From: Podarcis liolepis
Taxonomy: Eukaryota
NCBI GenBank assembly: GCA_965112155.1
Contig: OZ218104.1
Strand: one strand, 5' to 3'
DNA: 64,000 nucleotides
Both the position numbers and the translations under genes were made by a program. The notes beneath the pieces are model-generated. The model saw only the letters and a program-made list of their open reading frames with translations, had not been told where the DNA came from and ran no database searches. Positions 25,195 through 38,200 of the stretch are shown here, piece by piece (position 1 is the stretch's first letter; every line of letters starts with the position of its first letter).

Positions 25195-25374
25195 GGCTAC
25201 ATAGACGCCATACATTTCAAATCACATTTAAAGCCCACATTTAAAGAACCCTGGGAACTGTAGTTTGTTAAGGGTACTGGGAACTGTAGTTCTGTGAGGG
25301 GCAAGCTACAGTCTCCAAGGTTCTCCTGAGGGTGTACTTTGAACATGCTTCAAATGTATGGTGTGTTCACAGCC
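25195..25374. mobile_element. PIF/Harbinger-like MITE
   Basis: GGCTACATAGACGCCATACATTT ... AAATGTATGGTGTGTTCACAGCC imperfect TIRs; internal CTGGGAACTGTAGTT repeats. Confidence 0.6.
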
Positions 25375-26188
25375 ATAATGTAAGTGGAAGGGAGAAACAG
25401 AGATACAAAGCCAGACAAGATGACTCTGAAACCTTCACATAGCCAGGCATTGTCAAACAAGAGCAGCAAGGAAAACAGTAGATATGCAAAGTCCAATATG
25501 TGTGTGCAATAGAAGGTAGAAATGTGTTCAGAAATCCATTATGTGACCTATGATTCACAAACAAAAATACTTTCCGTTGTACTGCTTTGCAGGATGATCT
25601 TTACATCAAACCAGCCAAAATTATCTACTTTCTCAGTAAAGTTACACTATTTGGTTTTTTCCTTCCTATTAAAAAAAGAAAGAAGGTGCTGATATCCTGG
25701 GCCAAGAGTAACAATCTCAGGAAAGCAACACAATAATCGCCTCCTACTCCACCTACTGTTCTGGCATTTTCCAAACATTTTCAAAAAGGAAAAGAGCTCA
25801 GGAGGGGAGAGTTGACTTGTGGGGAAAGAGTTCTGCAATTTGAAGCACCCAAATGAGTACAGCAATACAAACAGGACTTGGATATGAATCCTGAGCCCAG
25901 ATAGATTAGCCACTCATGCAGAATATTTATGTTTTCTGCAACCTTGGATTGATTGCCCAACTGTAGAATGAGGCGGATGGATGGGAAGGGGGAAGCTCCT
26001 GAAAAAACGGATCAACTGATGGTAAGGCTAGCTGCATAAATGCCTCGACTGGCAAGCAGATGCCCGTTTCATAGACCTCAGGTTCACCAATAGCTGCTCC
26101 TGCCTCTGTGTCCCTTTCGTTTTTTTATTACATTTCAAGCACACTTTGATCCTACTTTTTTCCAGTTGGAAAAACTTCCAAAACAGCT

Positions 26189-26277
26189 TTGTTGTTGTTG
26201 TTTAGTCGTGTCCGACTCTTCGTGACCCCATGGACCAGAGCATGCCAGGCACTCCTGTCTTCGACTGCTTCCCACAC
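26189..26277 (-). mobile_element. Bov-B/RTE-like LINE 3' fragment
   Basis: (CAA)n tail, GTCGTGTCCGACTCTTCGTGACCCCATGGAC terminus; 11-bp TSD CCAAAACAGCT. Confidence 0.8.
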
Positions 26278-26616
26278 CCAAAACAGCTACCAATGGTTAA
26301 AATATAATCAGTTAAAAGGTTAACAGAGGCAGCTAACCTTTTGTGGCCATAAGTCCATACTCACTCTTGGGCCAAACCTGTAGGGGGCTTTTTGCCAGTG
26401 GTGGGTGTGTTTACCCCACACTCTTGCTCTCTCACACACAGGTATACAGCCCCACCCATGCAAACCAGCTGAGGTGGGGGTTGTTCTCACCTCTTCCACT
26501 CATCAGATGATCAATCAATTGAATGAAGAGGGGCACTTTACATACCCATCAAGACACTGGGCTGGCTAACTGGTTTAAACCTCTCCACCCACCAGAGCAT
26601 CATGTATACTCTCCAG

Positions 26617-26789
26617 CAGGGGTAGTCAACCTTTTTATACCTACCGCCCACTAATGCATCTTTCTTGATGGTAAAATTCCCTTACCCCCACCAGTGCTCG
26701 ATGGAAGGATGCCTTAGAACCCCCTACCACCCACCTAGAATCCCGAAACACCCACTAGTGGGTGGTAGGCACCAGGTTGAAAACCCCTG
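26617..26789. mobile_element. hAT MITE
   Basis: CAGGGGTAGTCAACCT ... AGGTTGAAAACCCCTG; repeated CTACCRCCCAC motifs; TSD degraded. Confidence 0.72.
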
Positions 26790-27607
26790 CTCTATATTGT
26801 ATGTTATTTTTGCAGCCACAAATTTTGGTGAGGTCTTTGGTGTGCGGTATAAATACTGGCTTCATGTCCAGATGAGTCCCCCACCCCAAGAACACATTTG
26901 CCACTCCTAACACCGAATGAAAACCAAAAAGAAACAAATAAAAGAGAGGGTGGAAGGAAGGGGCCAACCAAACAATAATCAGCAGACATAATCAAAGAGC
27001 AAGTCTAGCCTTTGAAATATTATCCACCGAAAACAGGAGGAGGGGCACTCTTTCCTATTGTACTATTTCAGCCACTACATTTTTTGGATGATTTAGCTTT
27101 AATGTTGTGAAGTTTCATTTTACCTAAAAGTGAAAAAGGTATCCATTCCCAATAAATAAATCAGGATACTATAGAGTCCAAATGTCACGAGTCCCCTAGT
27201 TTAGGAGCTCAGAGCAAACATTATACCCTATGGGTGCAAAACCCTAGAAAGATAATAGCAGCACTATTTCATCATATTGTCACACTTTGCATACTATAAA
27301 ATATTCAGACAATCAAGAGGTGTTGGACACCATAAAGTGCTGTTACACAAATCCTTCCAGCTTGTTCAAGTTATTATACAGTGGTTTGTGATGCGCAGTG
27401 AAAGTAGAATGCAGTGGATAGGGTTTGAACATTATAAAATCAAGCTTCCAATCCCCATTTAAACCTCACTTAAATTCCTTGACTAAATCCTCCTCTCTCA
27501 GTGTTACTCAAAAGCATTTTTACAAGAACAGCAGTATGGTAAGGCACTCCGCACACTGAAAACCATAAAAACCTTAAGGAAAACCACTTTTAAAATAAAT
27601 ACATTTG

Positions 27608-27609
<2 letters not shown>

Positions 27610-27685
<76 letters not shown>

Positions 27686-27687
27686 AC
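27610..27687. repeat. Compound (TC)n(CA)n microsatellite
   Basis: Direct reading. Confidence 0.95.
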
Positions 27688-30600
27688 CCTGTATAGGATG
27701 TCTAACATCTTTGTGGCAAATACTAGGGAAGCTCAAACCAACAGGATACTAGATAAAGGACAATAAGACATTCCAGAAAAAGACTGAGCAAGGAAAGCAT
27801 GATTTCCACATCACATTTTACTCAGAGAACAACAATTCATCAGATTCCTTTGTCTAACTAAATGAATGCCATTAACTTCATTAAAATGTGCAGGAATAGC
27901 AAGGAGGTGATCAGGGAAACAGAAGCACTTCCAAGATGCACTGTCTCCCCTCCTTCTGCTATGACCTATAACATTAATCTGTAACGCAGATGCTGACAAC
28001 CTGGATCCAAACATGGATCAACTAAGTGCTCTGTGCAAAGCCTGCTTCTTTCCACACACAAGGGAAGAAGGGAGGGTACTACCAGAAGAAAGGAAGGAAA
28101 GAAAAATTCATTCTGAATCAGGGAGATGCCTGCCAGCAGTCAGAAACATTCAATTGCCAAGAAGTGTATTCACAATGCTCATTGGAGCATTCTGAACTTT
28201 TGTCTGGCAAGAAATGGTGAGCAAACATTTCCAAGCCTATTCATGGCCAGTAATGGTGCCATGCAAAACAGCAAACACCTATGTTGTGACAGAAGACCAG
28301 CTAAGTTGACCTCAAAATATATTTGGGATGCACTTCAAGTACTTTTTGAAACCCAGGATTTGATAGGACATTCTGGAGCAAAACTAGCTATGTTCCCTCC
28401 TTAAAATAAGTTTTCTGATCCTCTAATTAATGGGTGGCATGCAAAGTTGACCCGCCTGTCACTTCTTCACTTTTATATAAAAAGTTAGGAGGGTTTCTTT
28501 TTTCCCCTTCTGCAAAACCCTCTGGATGTCAAGATAGAGCACTAAACAAAATGATCAATTAGGCAGTTTACATGTCACAATTAAGCCTGCTTTTGTGTTT
28601 ATCACAGCTGAAATTCAATACAATGCCTGCATTGCCTAGAATGCACAATCAGTTTAACAATTCTGCTTTTTTACTCTTGGGCTTGTAACATTCAGAGACA
28701 TTGACAAATAACATGTAAGAAGCGAAAAACAACAACAGCATGGCAACAATTTAAAATAAAAAGATAAATGCATGGCCAAACCACCACTTAACCTAAGGCA
28801 TACAATAGTTTGCCATTTATTCTGGCTAGTTTATAATTAAGAACAGTTTTCCATCATCCTAAACAAGACTGACACAGAATTATGCTAAAATGCCCAATGA
28901 AGTCTAATAAAAACTTCTAGATGCTATTCTTATAGCTCAGAGTGAAAACAGATGTGACTTGGGAGATCTGGGGTTTTGATTTCCCGCCCCCTCCAAGTTA
29001 TTACCCAGCTGGAGAAAAATAACACAGATATGATACAGGTAACTGTCTTTTCCATCAGTAGGATTAATAACAGCAGGATTGGGGGAGGGGGAGAATGTAG
29101 GTAAAAGATTACTGCCTGTTCTAATCCATCACCACCATTGCAGCACACAGCTGCTTAAGTAAAAAAGAAGTCAAAACAGTTCATGGACCTCCCACCCACA
29201 CCACGTCTCTTTTGGCCTTTAAGAGTTTATTAACATTCACTTCCACTTATTCATTTATTTAGAGCATGTCTACAGTCACAAATGCTCCCAGAGTGGTTTA
29301 CATACAACCATTTGTAGCAAGACAGTCCCTGCCCACAGGCATATAATCTAAAAGCATGGCACAAGAGGAAAGGGGGACACGGAGGGAAGAGGAAGAAAAG
29401 GAAACAGTTCAGGGGCATGAGGTGCTTTCAGAAGAGCTGCTGGGATGAGTGGGATACCACTGACACAAACAGAAGAGCCACCAAAAGATCCACCTTATGA
29501 AGCAACAGTGTCTTCTGTTTGTTCTGTATGATTAATTAGTATGATTAATCAGCTGCACCCAGTATGCTTTAGGACTGAGGCATTTCAGGTAACTGCATTA
29601 CTCAGAGATGGCTTATGCACTGAGGTGATGAGGCGTGTGTTCCCTTGGATTCCCCCTGGAACAAATCTGCATCTCGGCAAGGGCAGAGATGAGGCACGTG
29701 ATAACCAAAGGAAACAACTGCACACTGGCATTTCATGTCCAGATTTGGAGTTCTTAAAAAAACAAAACAAAAAACAATAGAAGGGCTTGCATAAAAGCCC
29801 CTCTCGGTGCCGATCAATCTTTGTTGCTTAAGAAAGAGCTTCAGAGAGCACACACCAAATTCACGTCTGAGTCATGAAGTTGAGAAAAATAGACACATCA
29901 GTGCCTTCCGGAAGACACAGCAGGTGGAACTGAGAAATGGGAAGGCCTGCAGCTCAGCTTTCCCTGCCGATGGCCCCAGGTTCAGTTCTTTGCACTTCCA
30001 TCTCTAAAGGATCTCAGGTAGCAAGTGGTGGGAAAGACCTTTGTCTGAGATTCAAGAGAGTTGCTGCTAGTCAGTGTAGACATTACCAAACTAGGTAGGC
30101 CAGCTGTCTCACTCAGTAGAAGGCGGCCTCTCAATGTATGAAGTTATTCTCGTGTTGAGTAAAATAAAAACCACAAATGCAAACACTAATCAAAGTGGTT
30201 CACAAATCAAAACATATTCCAGGAAAACAGTATAAAACATTTAAAACTCTTGGAAGACACATATCCACAACATTACAACTATAACACATGTACTACAACA
30301 GATGAGCACTAAAATACCAGATCAATCACCTGAGGAAAATTTCCACCTTATAAGAAATTCTTATATTTATATACTGCCTTTCCTTCAAGGAGCTCAAGTA
30401 CATTGCCCTCCTTCATTTGATCTTCACAACCGCACCTTGTGAGGTAGGTCAGGCTAAGAGTATGTGACTAGCCCAAGATACAGTGAGAGTCAATGTTGGA
30501 TGGGGATTTATACCTTAACTCTAGTGTCCAAAGTATATGAAAATATCCAGTTCAATCACCCTAGCAATTACGGTAATTCTGATGCCAATTCAGCTATTTG

Positions 30601-30689
30601 ACTTTTTTGCCACAAAAATTCTTTGTGCAAGGTAGGAAGGAAACCCAAATAAAACAGATGTTTAAAAGTCAAGCAGAATAAATAACTAC

Positions 30690-31118
30690 GACCTAGGACC
30701 CACTTACCTACGGGACTGCCTCTCCTGGTATGCCCCACGGAGGACCTTAAGGTCCACAAATGACAACATTTTGGAGGTCCCAGGTTGCAAGGTGGTTAGA
30801 TTCATCTAAACTAGGGCCAGGGCCTTTTCAGTACTGGCCCCGACTTGGTGGAACGCTCTATCACAAGAGACTAGGGCCCTGCGGGACTTGACATCTTTCC
30901 GCAGGGCCTGCAAGACAGAGCTGTTCCGTCTGGCCTTTGGTTTGGACTCAGTCTGACCCTTTTGTTTCCCTCCACTTATGCATTTTAACCTGTATTTTAA
31001 ATTGTTTTTCTCTTTTACTATTATGTTTTTACTGTAATTTTACTGGTGTTAGCCACCCTGAGCCCGGCTCTGGCCAGGGAGGGCGGGGTATAAATAAAAT
31101 TTATCATTATTATTATTA
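30690..31118 (+). mobile_element. L2-clade LINE 3' fragment
   Basis: AGGGCCTTTTCAGT...TGGTGGAACGCTCT (RAFS...WWNAL-type RT C-terminus); GGGCGGGGTATAAATAAA and (TTA)n tail. Confidence 0.7.
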
Positions 31119-31750
31119 TGCATAATCTTGCTATAAATTTGGTCCCAAGGAATAAAGATACAGAGCAGGTAAGATCAGTTCTTATATCAGACCACTGTCT
31201 CCTTCCATTGGAATATTCAAGCTTTTGCACTGCACAGATTCTGAGAAAGGTGAGTAGAATATCACAATCTGCATCATATACTTTTTTTTTTAACAGTTCT
31301 ACTGTGCCTGTGATTCCCAGTAGGTGTGAACTTTTAAGTACATTTGGCAACAAGGTTACCAGAGCAGACAATCTAAGTAAGTGTACGTTTATAAATTCAT
31401 GACCATCTTTTAATCCCAAACAATTTCATACAGCAAATCAAACATTTTACTATGTTGGTACATATTCTGAACACAGATTTGTTTATTTGTTGTATTTATA
31501 ATCCACTTTCATAAAAGTATAACATGGTGGTATACAAAATACAAGATTATAATCAAACAAGTAAAAGCACCAGTAAAAACATCAATAAAAACACCAATAA
31601 AACATCAGTAAGTATTGGTTGGTTTAAAGGAAGGAGGAAGCATATTGCAACGACCTGCCTAAATAAAACAGTTTTCAGGAGATGTGTAAAAGAAGGTAGG
31701 AACGATTCCTGCCAAACCTCCACTGGCAAGGAGTTCCACAGGGCCGAGAC

Positions 31751-31751
<1 letters not shown>

Positions 31752-31810
<59 letters not shown>

Positions 31811-31925
31811 TTATTATTTATACCCCGCCCATCTGGCTGGGCCTCCCCAGCCACTCTGGGCGGCTTCCATAAAAACCAAAAATACAATAAAATATCACAC
31901 GTTAAAAACTTCCCTGAACAGGGAA
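31752..31925 (-). mobile_element. L2-like 3' end with a long (AAT)n tail, inserted in an older L2-like fragment
   Basis: About 20 AAT units followed by TTTATACCCCGCCCATCTGGCTGGG...CTCTGGGCGGCTT. Confidence 0.7.
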
Positions 31926-34297
31926 CAGACTGCCATACTAAAGGCCCTAGTAAAGGCGAAACAAATCTCAGGACAATGGGGAACCACTGGGGAAGTGCCC
32001 CATCAGAGGATCTGTGATTGAGAGTGGAGCACTTCAGCAGAGGTACAATGAAGCATCATAATTCTATAAGGATTTATTCACGTATGTCATCAGTGAGAGA
32101 CACACAAGACAAATGCGCCAACAATCACAATTACTGAGAGGCTGACACTTGGGTGACATGGCATTTCTGTTGAAGATTAATGCTCTTGCATATACCAATA
32201 AATATGAATTATGAACACTGTGAAGTGGGTCACTGGGACCTCAGCCACAGACCCCGAAGGCAATCTAAACCAAGGGGTGATTTTCATAAGCATGCCTCAC
32301 TGGATAGCAATTGCTGGATTTGGGAGACGAAGTTTCACCTACAGCGAAAGACATTTGACACAACACTGTTTCAGCATTATATGTGTAAAGAATAACCTAT
32401 CAGGACCTGCAACAAAATGTTGCAGTATATCCTCATTTTCCACATAGGTGTACTCCAGTGCAAGGTGCCAGGTAGCCTTAGTGTCACCCAGACACCACCA
32501 TAAGCATAGTTTCCTGTTCTCTTTTCCAACTGACCCTCAGCATTCCATGGCTGCTGAGTATGCTCGGTGCCAAAGATGATGTTTTGGTGGAAGGGTTGCC
32601 CGCTTGGCTTTGATTTTTAAAAGAAGTTGTGGGTTTTTTGGGGGTACTTCCACAGACCTTACTTAATGCTCCCTCAGTGGTCCTGTTTTTGGCTCCACTC
32701 CTGACACCACCTACTACCTGAATTTTTGCAGCAGCAACACATTTGATAGCTGACAGGAAGATAAATTTAGAGTACTGCAAATACCCACACACCAAAATAT
32801 TTTTTATCGAAGCCATATCAGTTGATCAAGATGAATTATTTTTAGAGTTCTATATAATATAAGGCACTACCATGGTATATTCGGTCTTAATACGAGAGAG
32901 AGATTTATTTTAATTGTTTCTAAGCTGCACAGTCAGATGGTACACCCATCTTGCTGAATCGAAACAAGTCTGAGTCTGATCAGTGCTCAGGTGGCAAGCT
33001 GCCTGAGAACCCCTTGACCTCAATGATGGAAGATATAATAAACAGAATAAAACAATGTGCCTTAAACACCTTCATATATTTTATTAAACAAGAAGCTGAA
33101 ACTTATGTGAACACCCACGGCTTTCACACCAAGGTACATTTTTCTATTGACAAGTTGCTTAAAATTACAATATTCAAGTATAGTACTAGGCAAAAAGGCA
33201 ATGGGAACATTGATATTCCACTGAATAGTGGTTCTAAAGGGGCAATTCATTGGAAACACACAATGGGATGGCACAGGTGTGTAGCGACGGCATTCAACCG
33301 CAAGTAGAGGGGAATGGAACAACAACAGTTAAATGCAGTAACCCTGATGAATCAAAGCACCACATATGGTCAAAGAAACTGGCTCACTCTTATTTTTAAG
33401 GATGTTATGAATGGCTGGATGACAGGGACTGATGCAGCTGAGATGCTCGTATCCCTTCACCATTCAAAGACTTTGTGAGCATGGGCTGTCTGGTTCTATC
33501 ACTATTTTACCTTCTTCTTCTTTTTAAAGCTTTCTTGTGTTATACATTACAGAAGGGTAGCAAGGTTAGTTACAACAAACACAGGAAGGAGTCCCATGGC
33601 ACCTTAGAAACTACCAGTTTTTATGAGGCACAAGCTTTTGTGGGCAAGTGTTCACTTCATCCAATACATTAACATCAGCAAGTAAATTAAACATACAAAT
33701 ATAGATATGCAAACAGATGTGTGTATGCACTCATAATTCAGGTAAAGGCAGCACTTCTTGCATCTGATGAAGTAAGCTCTAGCCCTTTTAAATCATATAG
33801 TATTTATTAAGCCACAGGGCTCTACTTTATATGACAAGTCGTATGTCCCCAAGTGATGAAAAAAGAAAAAGATTACAAGTGCAAAGCTATATAATTTGGT
33901 AAAAGTATGAAGCACACTTGCTCCATAGCAAGTGTATTTCTTTCAGGCCCAATACCAAGACCACAAAATTAGGTGTAAAATTAGCATATTGCATTGCACC
34001 AGCAGCAGGTGCCAACTCTGGACATAACACCAACACAGTCATCATGCGGCTGATGTCACCAAGCCAAGAAAACCCCATGATGACAGACACATCAGTGAAA
34101 ACCTGTTATGCAGCACAGTAAGCCAGTAGGCCTTGGAATAGGAACAAATACAATTCAACGACACTTCACCTTTGCATTTGCTCTCACCTGAAGCCAGCAA
34201 CAATTCTTCTGAGGTCAGTACAAAATAGCACACACTTTGCACCCTAAAATGCAGCAAAAGAGGTCTTACTCATACCAACCAACAGTGCAATAAAATC

Positions 34298-34526
34298 TAG
34301 GAACATTGGAAGCTTATACTGAGTCAGAACACTGGTCCATCTAAAAAAAAAAGGGGGGGGGAGAACACTGGTCCATCTAGGTCAGCATTCTCCGCACTGA
34401 CAGGCAGTAGCTCTCCAGAGTTTCAGGCAGGGGGTATTCCCAGCCCTACCTAGAGATGCTAGGGACTGAATTTGGGACCTTCTGCATGCAAAGCAGATGC
34501 TCCACCACTGAGCTATGGCCTTCCCC
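34298..34526 (-). mobile_element. tRNA(Ala-like)-derived SINE; other copies at ~16670-16860, 22875-23090, 24525-24700, 29940-30135, 51725-51906, 61590-61740
   Basis: Minus strand GGCCATAGCTCAGTGGTGGAGCATCTGCTTTGCATGCAGAAGGTCCC head; shared body CTGGAGAGCTRCTGCC...TAGATGGACCA. Confidence 0.8.
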
Positions 34527-35951
34527 ATGCAAGCCTTTTGTACTGTACTGATGTAGTAATATAAAGGCAGTGGTTTTTCCATTTTTGCTCTTTCATTAAG
34601 GAAGCCTTTTCACATGCCCTCGACATACCTTCTACCAAAAGTCATATTTCTCATTCAGAAACTGCAACTCCCATATGATTAAGAGTAGCAGTCAGTTTTG
34701 AGACACCTACTTCATTCAGGCATCTGAATGATTCACAGGGAACACTGCTCCCATTTTAGACATGTCTTGCCATCTACATGTACCATCTGAATACTTCCCT
34801 GTTTCTTGACAGCAAAATAATATTTTAGAATTTGTCATAATTATTTGCCTATACCAGAGGTTGGGAACCTGCGGACACTGTTAGGCTATGGTTTCCGTCA
34901 TCCCTGACTAGTGAGGTGGGTCTTCTGGAAAAATTCAAATTGGAAACCAATGCAAATTACTGGGTAATTTCCATAGGTTTGGGAATACGTCTAATGCCCT
35001 AAAGAGTGGTCTAATTTAGCATGTTTATTTTACTTGTACTTAGCAAACAAGTTAAAACAGTTTGAAACTGCCAAGATTGCCTAATAATGAATTTGCAATT
35101 GGCATTCATTCATTGTTACTAAAGAACTTATGAAAGAAAAAAATCCCCACGGAAAAACAAAGCAGTGGAAAAATTTCCACCGCCCATTACTGTCCCTGAC
35201 AGTTGCCATCCCAGATGGAGTTGGAAGTCCAGCAACTTCTGAAGGGCAACAGCTTCTCCACCCCCGGGCAATACCCAACTTTTCCAACACTACTCACACC
35301 ATTTCACAAACGATCAACTTTAAGTCAGATAAGATGTAATTATATGTCCTTTAAATGACTATACAGAAGTTATACCAAAATTCTGGCAGACAAATACATC
35401 ACGGGCAGTTAACATTCTTATTTCATAATGCTTTGTGAGCGCTGCAGCCTAGTAGGAAAAGGAAATCACTTGTTTCCACAGCTGCTTAATTATACTCTGA
35501 AGTTCAAGCTCAAACATGAGAATCAGTTTGGGTGGCACTTCTTTTCACAGGGAACCTAAGAACAAGTCAAGGATGAGTCTCTTACCTGAAAACTGGACTG
35601 CCTCACATTATGTTTGCTCAAATGTTTATACAGCTATCATGATCTGAGTGTGGGGAAGTTCATCCCCACTCCCATCAAAGGGAAAAAGGTTTTCTAATTA
35701 CTTGTGAAAGCACAACAGATATAACTATTTGTGTGCCACAGTAGACATGTAGAAGGTCACATATTTATCAAGCATTTGTTCTGATTTATTTTTATTTACA
35801 AACATTATGTGGGGGGTTAGATTACATTTGGCCTTTACAGAGTATTCAATCTGATTTGTTTGTGAACACTTTTCAATGCATTTCCCTGCCACCTTCTAGA
35901 GTGCACAAAGCCCAATGCTTTTTTTAAAGTGGTGTGCTAGAGCAAAGCAGT

Positions 35952-36100
35952 CATAGAATGGTAGAGCTGGAAGGGACCCTAAGGATCAGCTAGTTCAACC
36001 CCCTGCAATGCAGGAATATGCAGCTATCCCATATAAGAATCAAACCTGAAAGCTTGGCATTATCAGCATCGCACTCAGTCTAACCAATGGAGCTAGCCAC
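35952..36100 (-). mobile_element. tRNA-derived SINE with a CR1-like 3' tail (related partial copy at ~55650-55750)
   Basis: Minus strand TAGCTCCATTGGTTAGA head ... CCTGCATTGCAGGGGGTTGAACTAG ... TTCTATGA tail. Confidence 0.75.
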
Positions 36101-36231
36101 ACAGTTAAGTCCTTTATCCACTAACTATGCAAACCTAAAGTTCTTGTATATGCTTGAATACCTCCCAAAATACATTGGTAGCAGTCTGGAGGTACCCTTA
36201 GCTATAGCAAAAGCATGGCACACACACAAAT

Positions 36232-36370
36232 ATTGTGGCACAACCAGTTTTATTGCACCTTAAGCTTTCAGGAACTAGAGTCCACTTTATCAGCTGCCTC
36301 TGAGGAAGTGGGCTTCAGCCCACAAAAGGCAAAATATACCTACTAGCCTTTTAAAAGCCAAAAAACTCCT
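36232..36370. mobile_element. Penelope-like element termini in inverted arrangement (similar remnants at ~33585-33830, 14860-14925, 15685-15760)
   Basis: Back-to-back CTGA(T/G)(A/G)AAGTGG(A/G)C-stem motifs; the minus-strand copy continues GAAAGCTTA...AATAAA. This matches reptile PLE termini as I recall them. Confidence 0.62.
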
Positions 36371-37764
36371 CTTTAACTACCAATGTACCCCCCCCCATCA
36401 GCCAATGAAAATACAAATAAGGTGCTTACAAATAAATAGGTTAATACTAAATACAGCATGCTAAATACTAAATACTAAATACAGCCAATATGGTGCTTCC
36501 CAGATGTTGCTATAACTCTCATCACCCCTAACAACTGGCCGGAGTCCAATAACATCAGGAACACACCATGGTGGCTCCCCCTGATGCAGTACGTCCTTCC
36601 GCCTGCCCCCACAAAAAAGCATCTTAAAAATCAGATGAATCACACAGAAAGCTAGCCTACAACAGAAGCCATGTAACTCATACAAGTCAATCTAGAAAAT
36701 ATATTTAAAGTCCACAAGCCATCTGAATCAGTCGTCACCTCAACTAAAACCATCTGTAAAATATTTGCAGGGTCAGTTTAAGGAAAAACTAGTAATTTGG
36801 CTTGGGTTACTATGTAAATGTTTGTGGTAGATATACAGAAAGCCTCAACTGCCAAGCTCCCTTTATCCAGCCCTTATAGCAGGGAATGCCAGGCGACAGG
36901 GTGAGGCCCACCACGCGATCTGGGGAGCATTACAAATGGGATCTGAAGTTGCCAGCTCTAAGTAGGAGTGGGAAAAGACGACAACTGATGCCGCCCCACT
37001 GGAAGAATAGTGATAAGCCACATGGGAGATCTTGAAACAAAAAAAATCCCCAAATCAAAAACTCACTCTGCTTCCACTGGACATTACTGGCTGGAAGTTT
37101 TTCATTCAAATGCATTCTCCTCCTCAGCCCCTTTGGCAAAGTTAGGTAATCTTAGACTCTGGACTTTAAATGGTCTTACCAGCAGGGGGAGGGTGGGCTT
37201 CTCTAAATGGTAATGTGTTTTACTTCACCGCAGCCCTCCCCCAAATAAACTCTTGTACTTCCAGAACATCAGATCACAGATGCAATTTAGAGCCAACACA
37301 GATTAAAATATCCAACTAAAGATCAGTCATATCAGAGAGGTAAAAAGATAACTCAACACCTGATCCTTAGTATGAAATGCTTAATTCCAGCCCAACGCAC
37401 AACATGTTGCTATGCTTGCTGCTGAACTCTTTAAAGCCAGCTTTTCCCATCATCTGACCATTTTGGCAGGAAAAAGCGAGATCAAAAGGACTGGTTCTTA
37501 ACAATGTGGCACAGAAACTACAACCCCCCACCGCCGCCCACAGAGCAGCAAGTTAAACAGTAAAGTGTATTCCAACCCAAAGGCCTTTAATAAATAATAT
37601 TATTTTTCTGGATTAAGAAAACAATCCCTTTTTGTCACTTGTTGAGAACTGGAAGCCCCTCTGAGCTGAGTGCAGGTTACACAATCCTCACATTCTTTTT
37701 TGAACATGCTTCACCTGCAACTCTCGCCCTGCCTACAGCCGCAGCTAGACCCTCCATTACTCAC

Positions 37765-37810
37765 CTGAGGGAGCTGGATTTACCGGTCTTGAGTAGCGTG
37801 TCTGCCCCAT
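37765..37810 (-). CDS. PHACTR4: PHACTR4 alternative first coding exon MGQTRYSRPVNPAPS(A)
   Basis: cataATGGGGCAG (strong Kozak)...TCAG|gtgagt; 46 nt, phase 1, splices in frame to 24444. Resembles the mammalian PHACTR4 alternative N-terminus MGQxxxSRPVNP as I recall it. Confidence 0.88.
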
Positions 37811-38200
37811 TATGAGAGTCTTCGAGGTAGCTCAGGGAAGGAAGAGAAAGAAAAGAGAGTCTATTCTGGAAGCAGACATTAGCCTTCGGAAGATGACAAG
37901 CCAACTCCACAGGGTGAGAGCGACGGAATTGTCTGGAGTCCGGGGAGCAGAACAACAACAGCCAGAACTCAGGAAACGGCCAGGGTGTAGGTCGAAGCAC
38001 AAACCCCTCCTGTATTTCCTGTACCCCTGGGCCGGACACTTCACGATTCTCATAAATAAGCTCCCATGCCAGCTCCTTTCAAGGAGGAATGCCTGTCATT
38101 CCACAGTGCGAACTCTGTTTAGGGCTGGATCTCAGGAAGGGGGGCGGAGTCTTCCAACCCCAGAAGCCAAATAAATCAACACCCCTTGCTCTTTAAAAAG
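37811..38200 (-). promoter_or_regulatory. Putative internal promoter and 5'UTR of the MGQ isoform
   Basis: Locally elevated CpG directly upstream of an ATG exon; GC box GGGGCGGAGT 38141-38150; inverted GGAATG/CATTCC pair 38086-38102; several GGAA ETS-like cores. Confidence 0.55.

Noticed and set aside
31524-32021. 165-aa ORF with poly-Ile and antisense poly-Leu ORF
   Set aside because: Artefact of the (AAT)n retroposon tail.
34460-34526. tRNA gene
   Set aside because: The tRNA-like head runs into a SINE body found in many diverged copies; no intact cloverleaf or Pol III terminator.
37793-37810. N-myristoylation signal in the MGQ isoform
   Set aside because: Gly2 is present but position 6 is Tyr, not Ser/Thr; not supportable from sequence.
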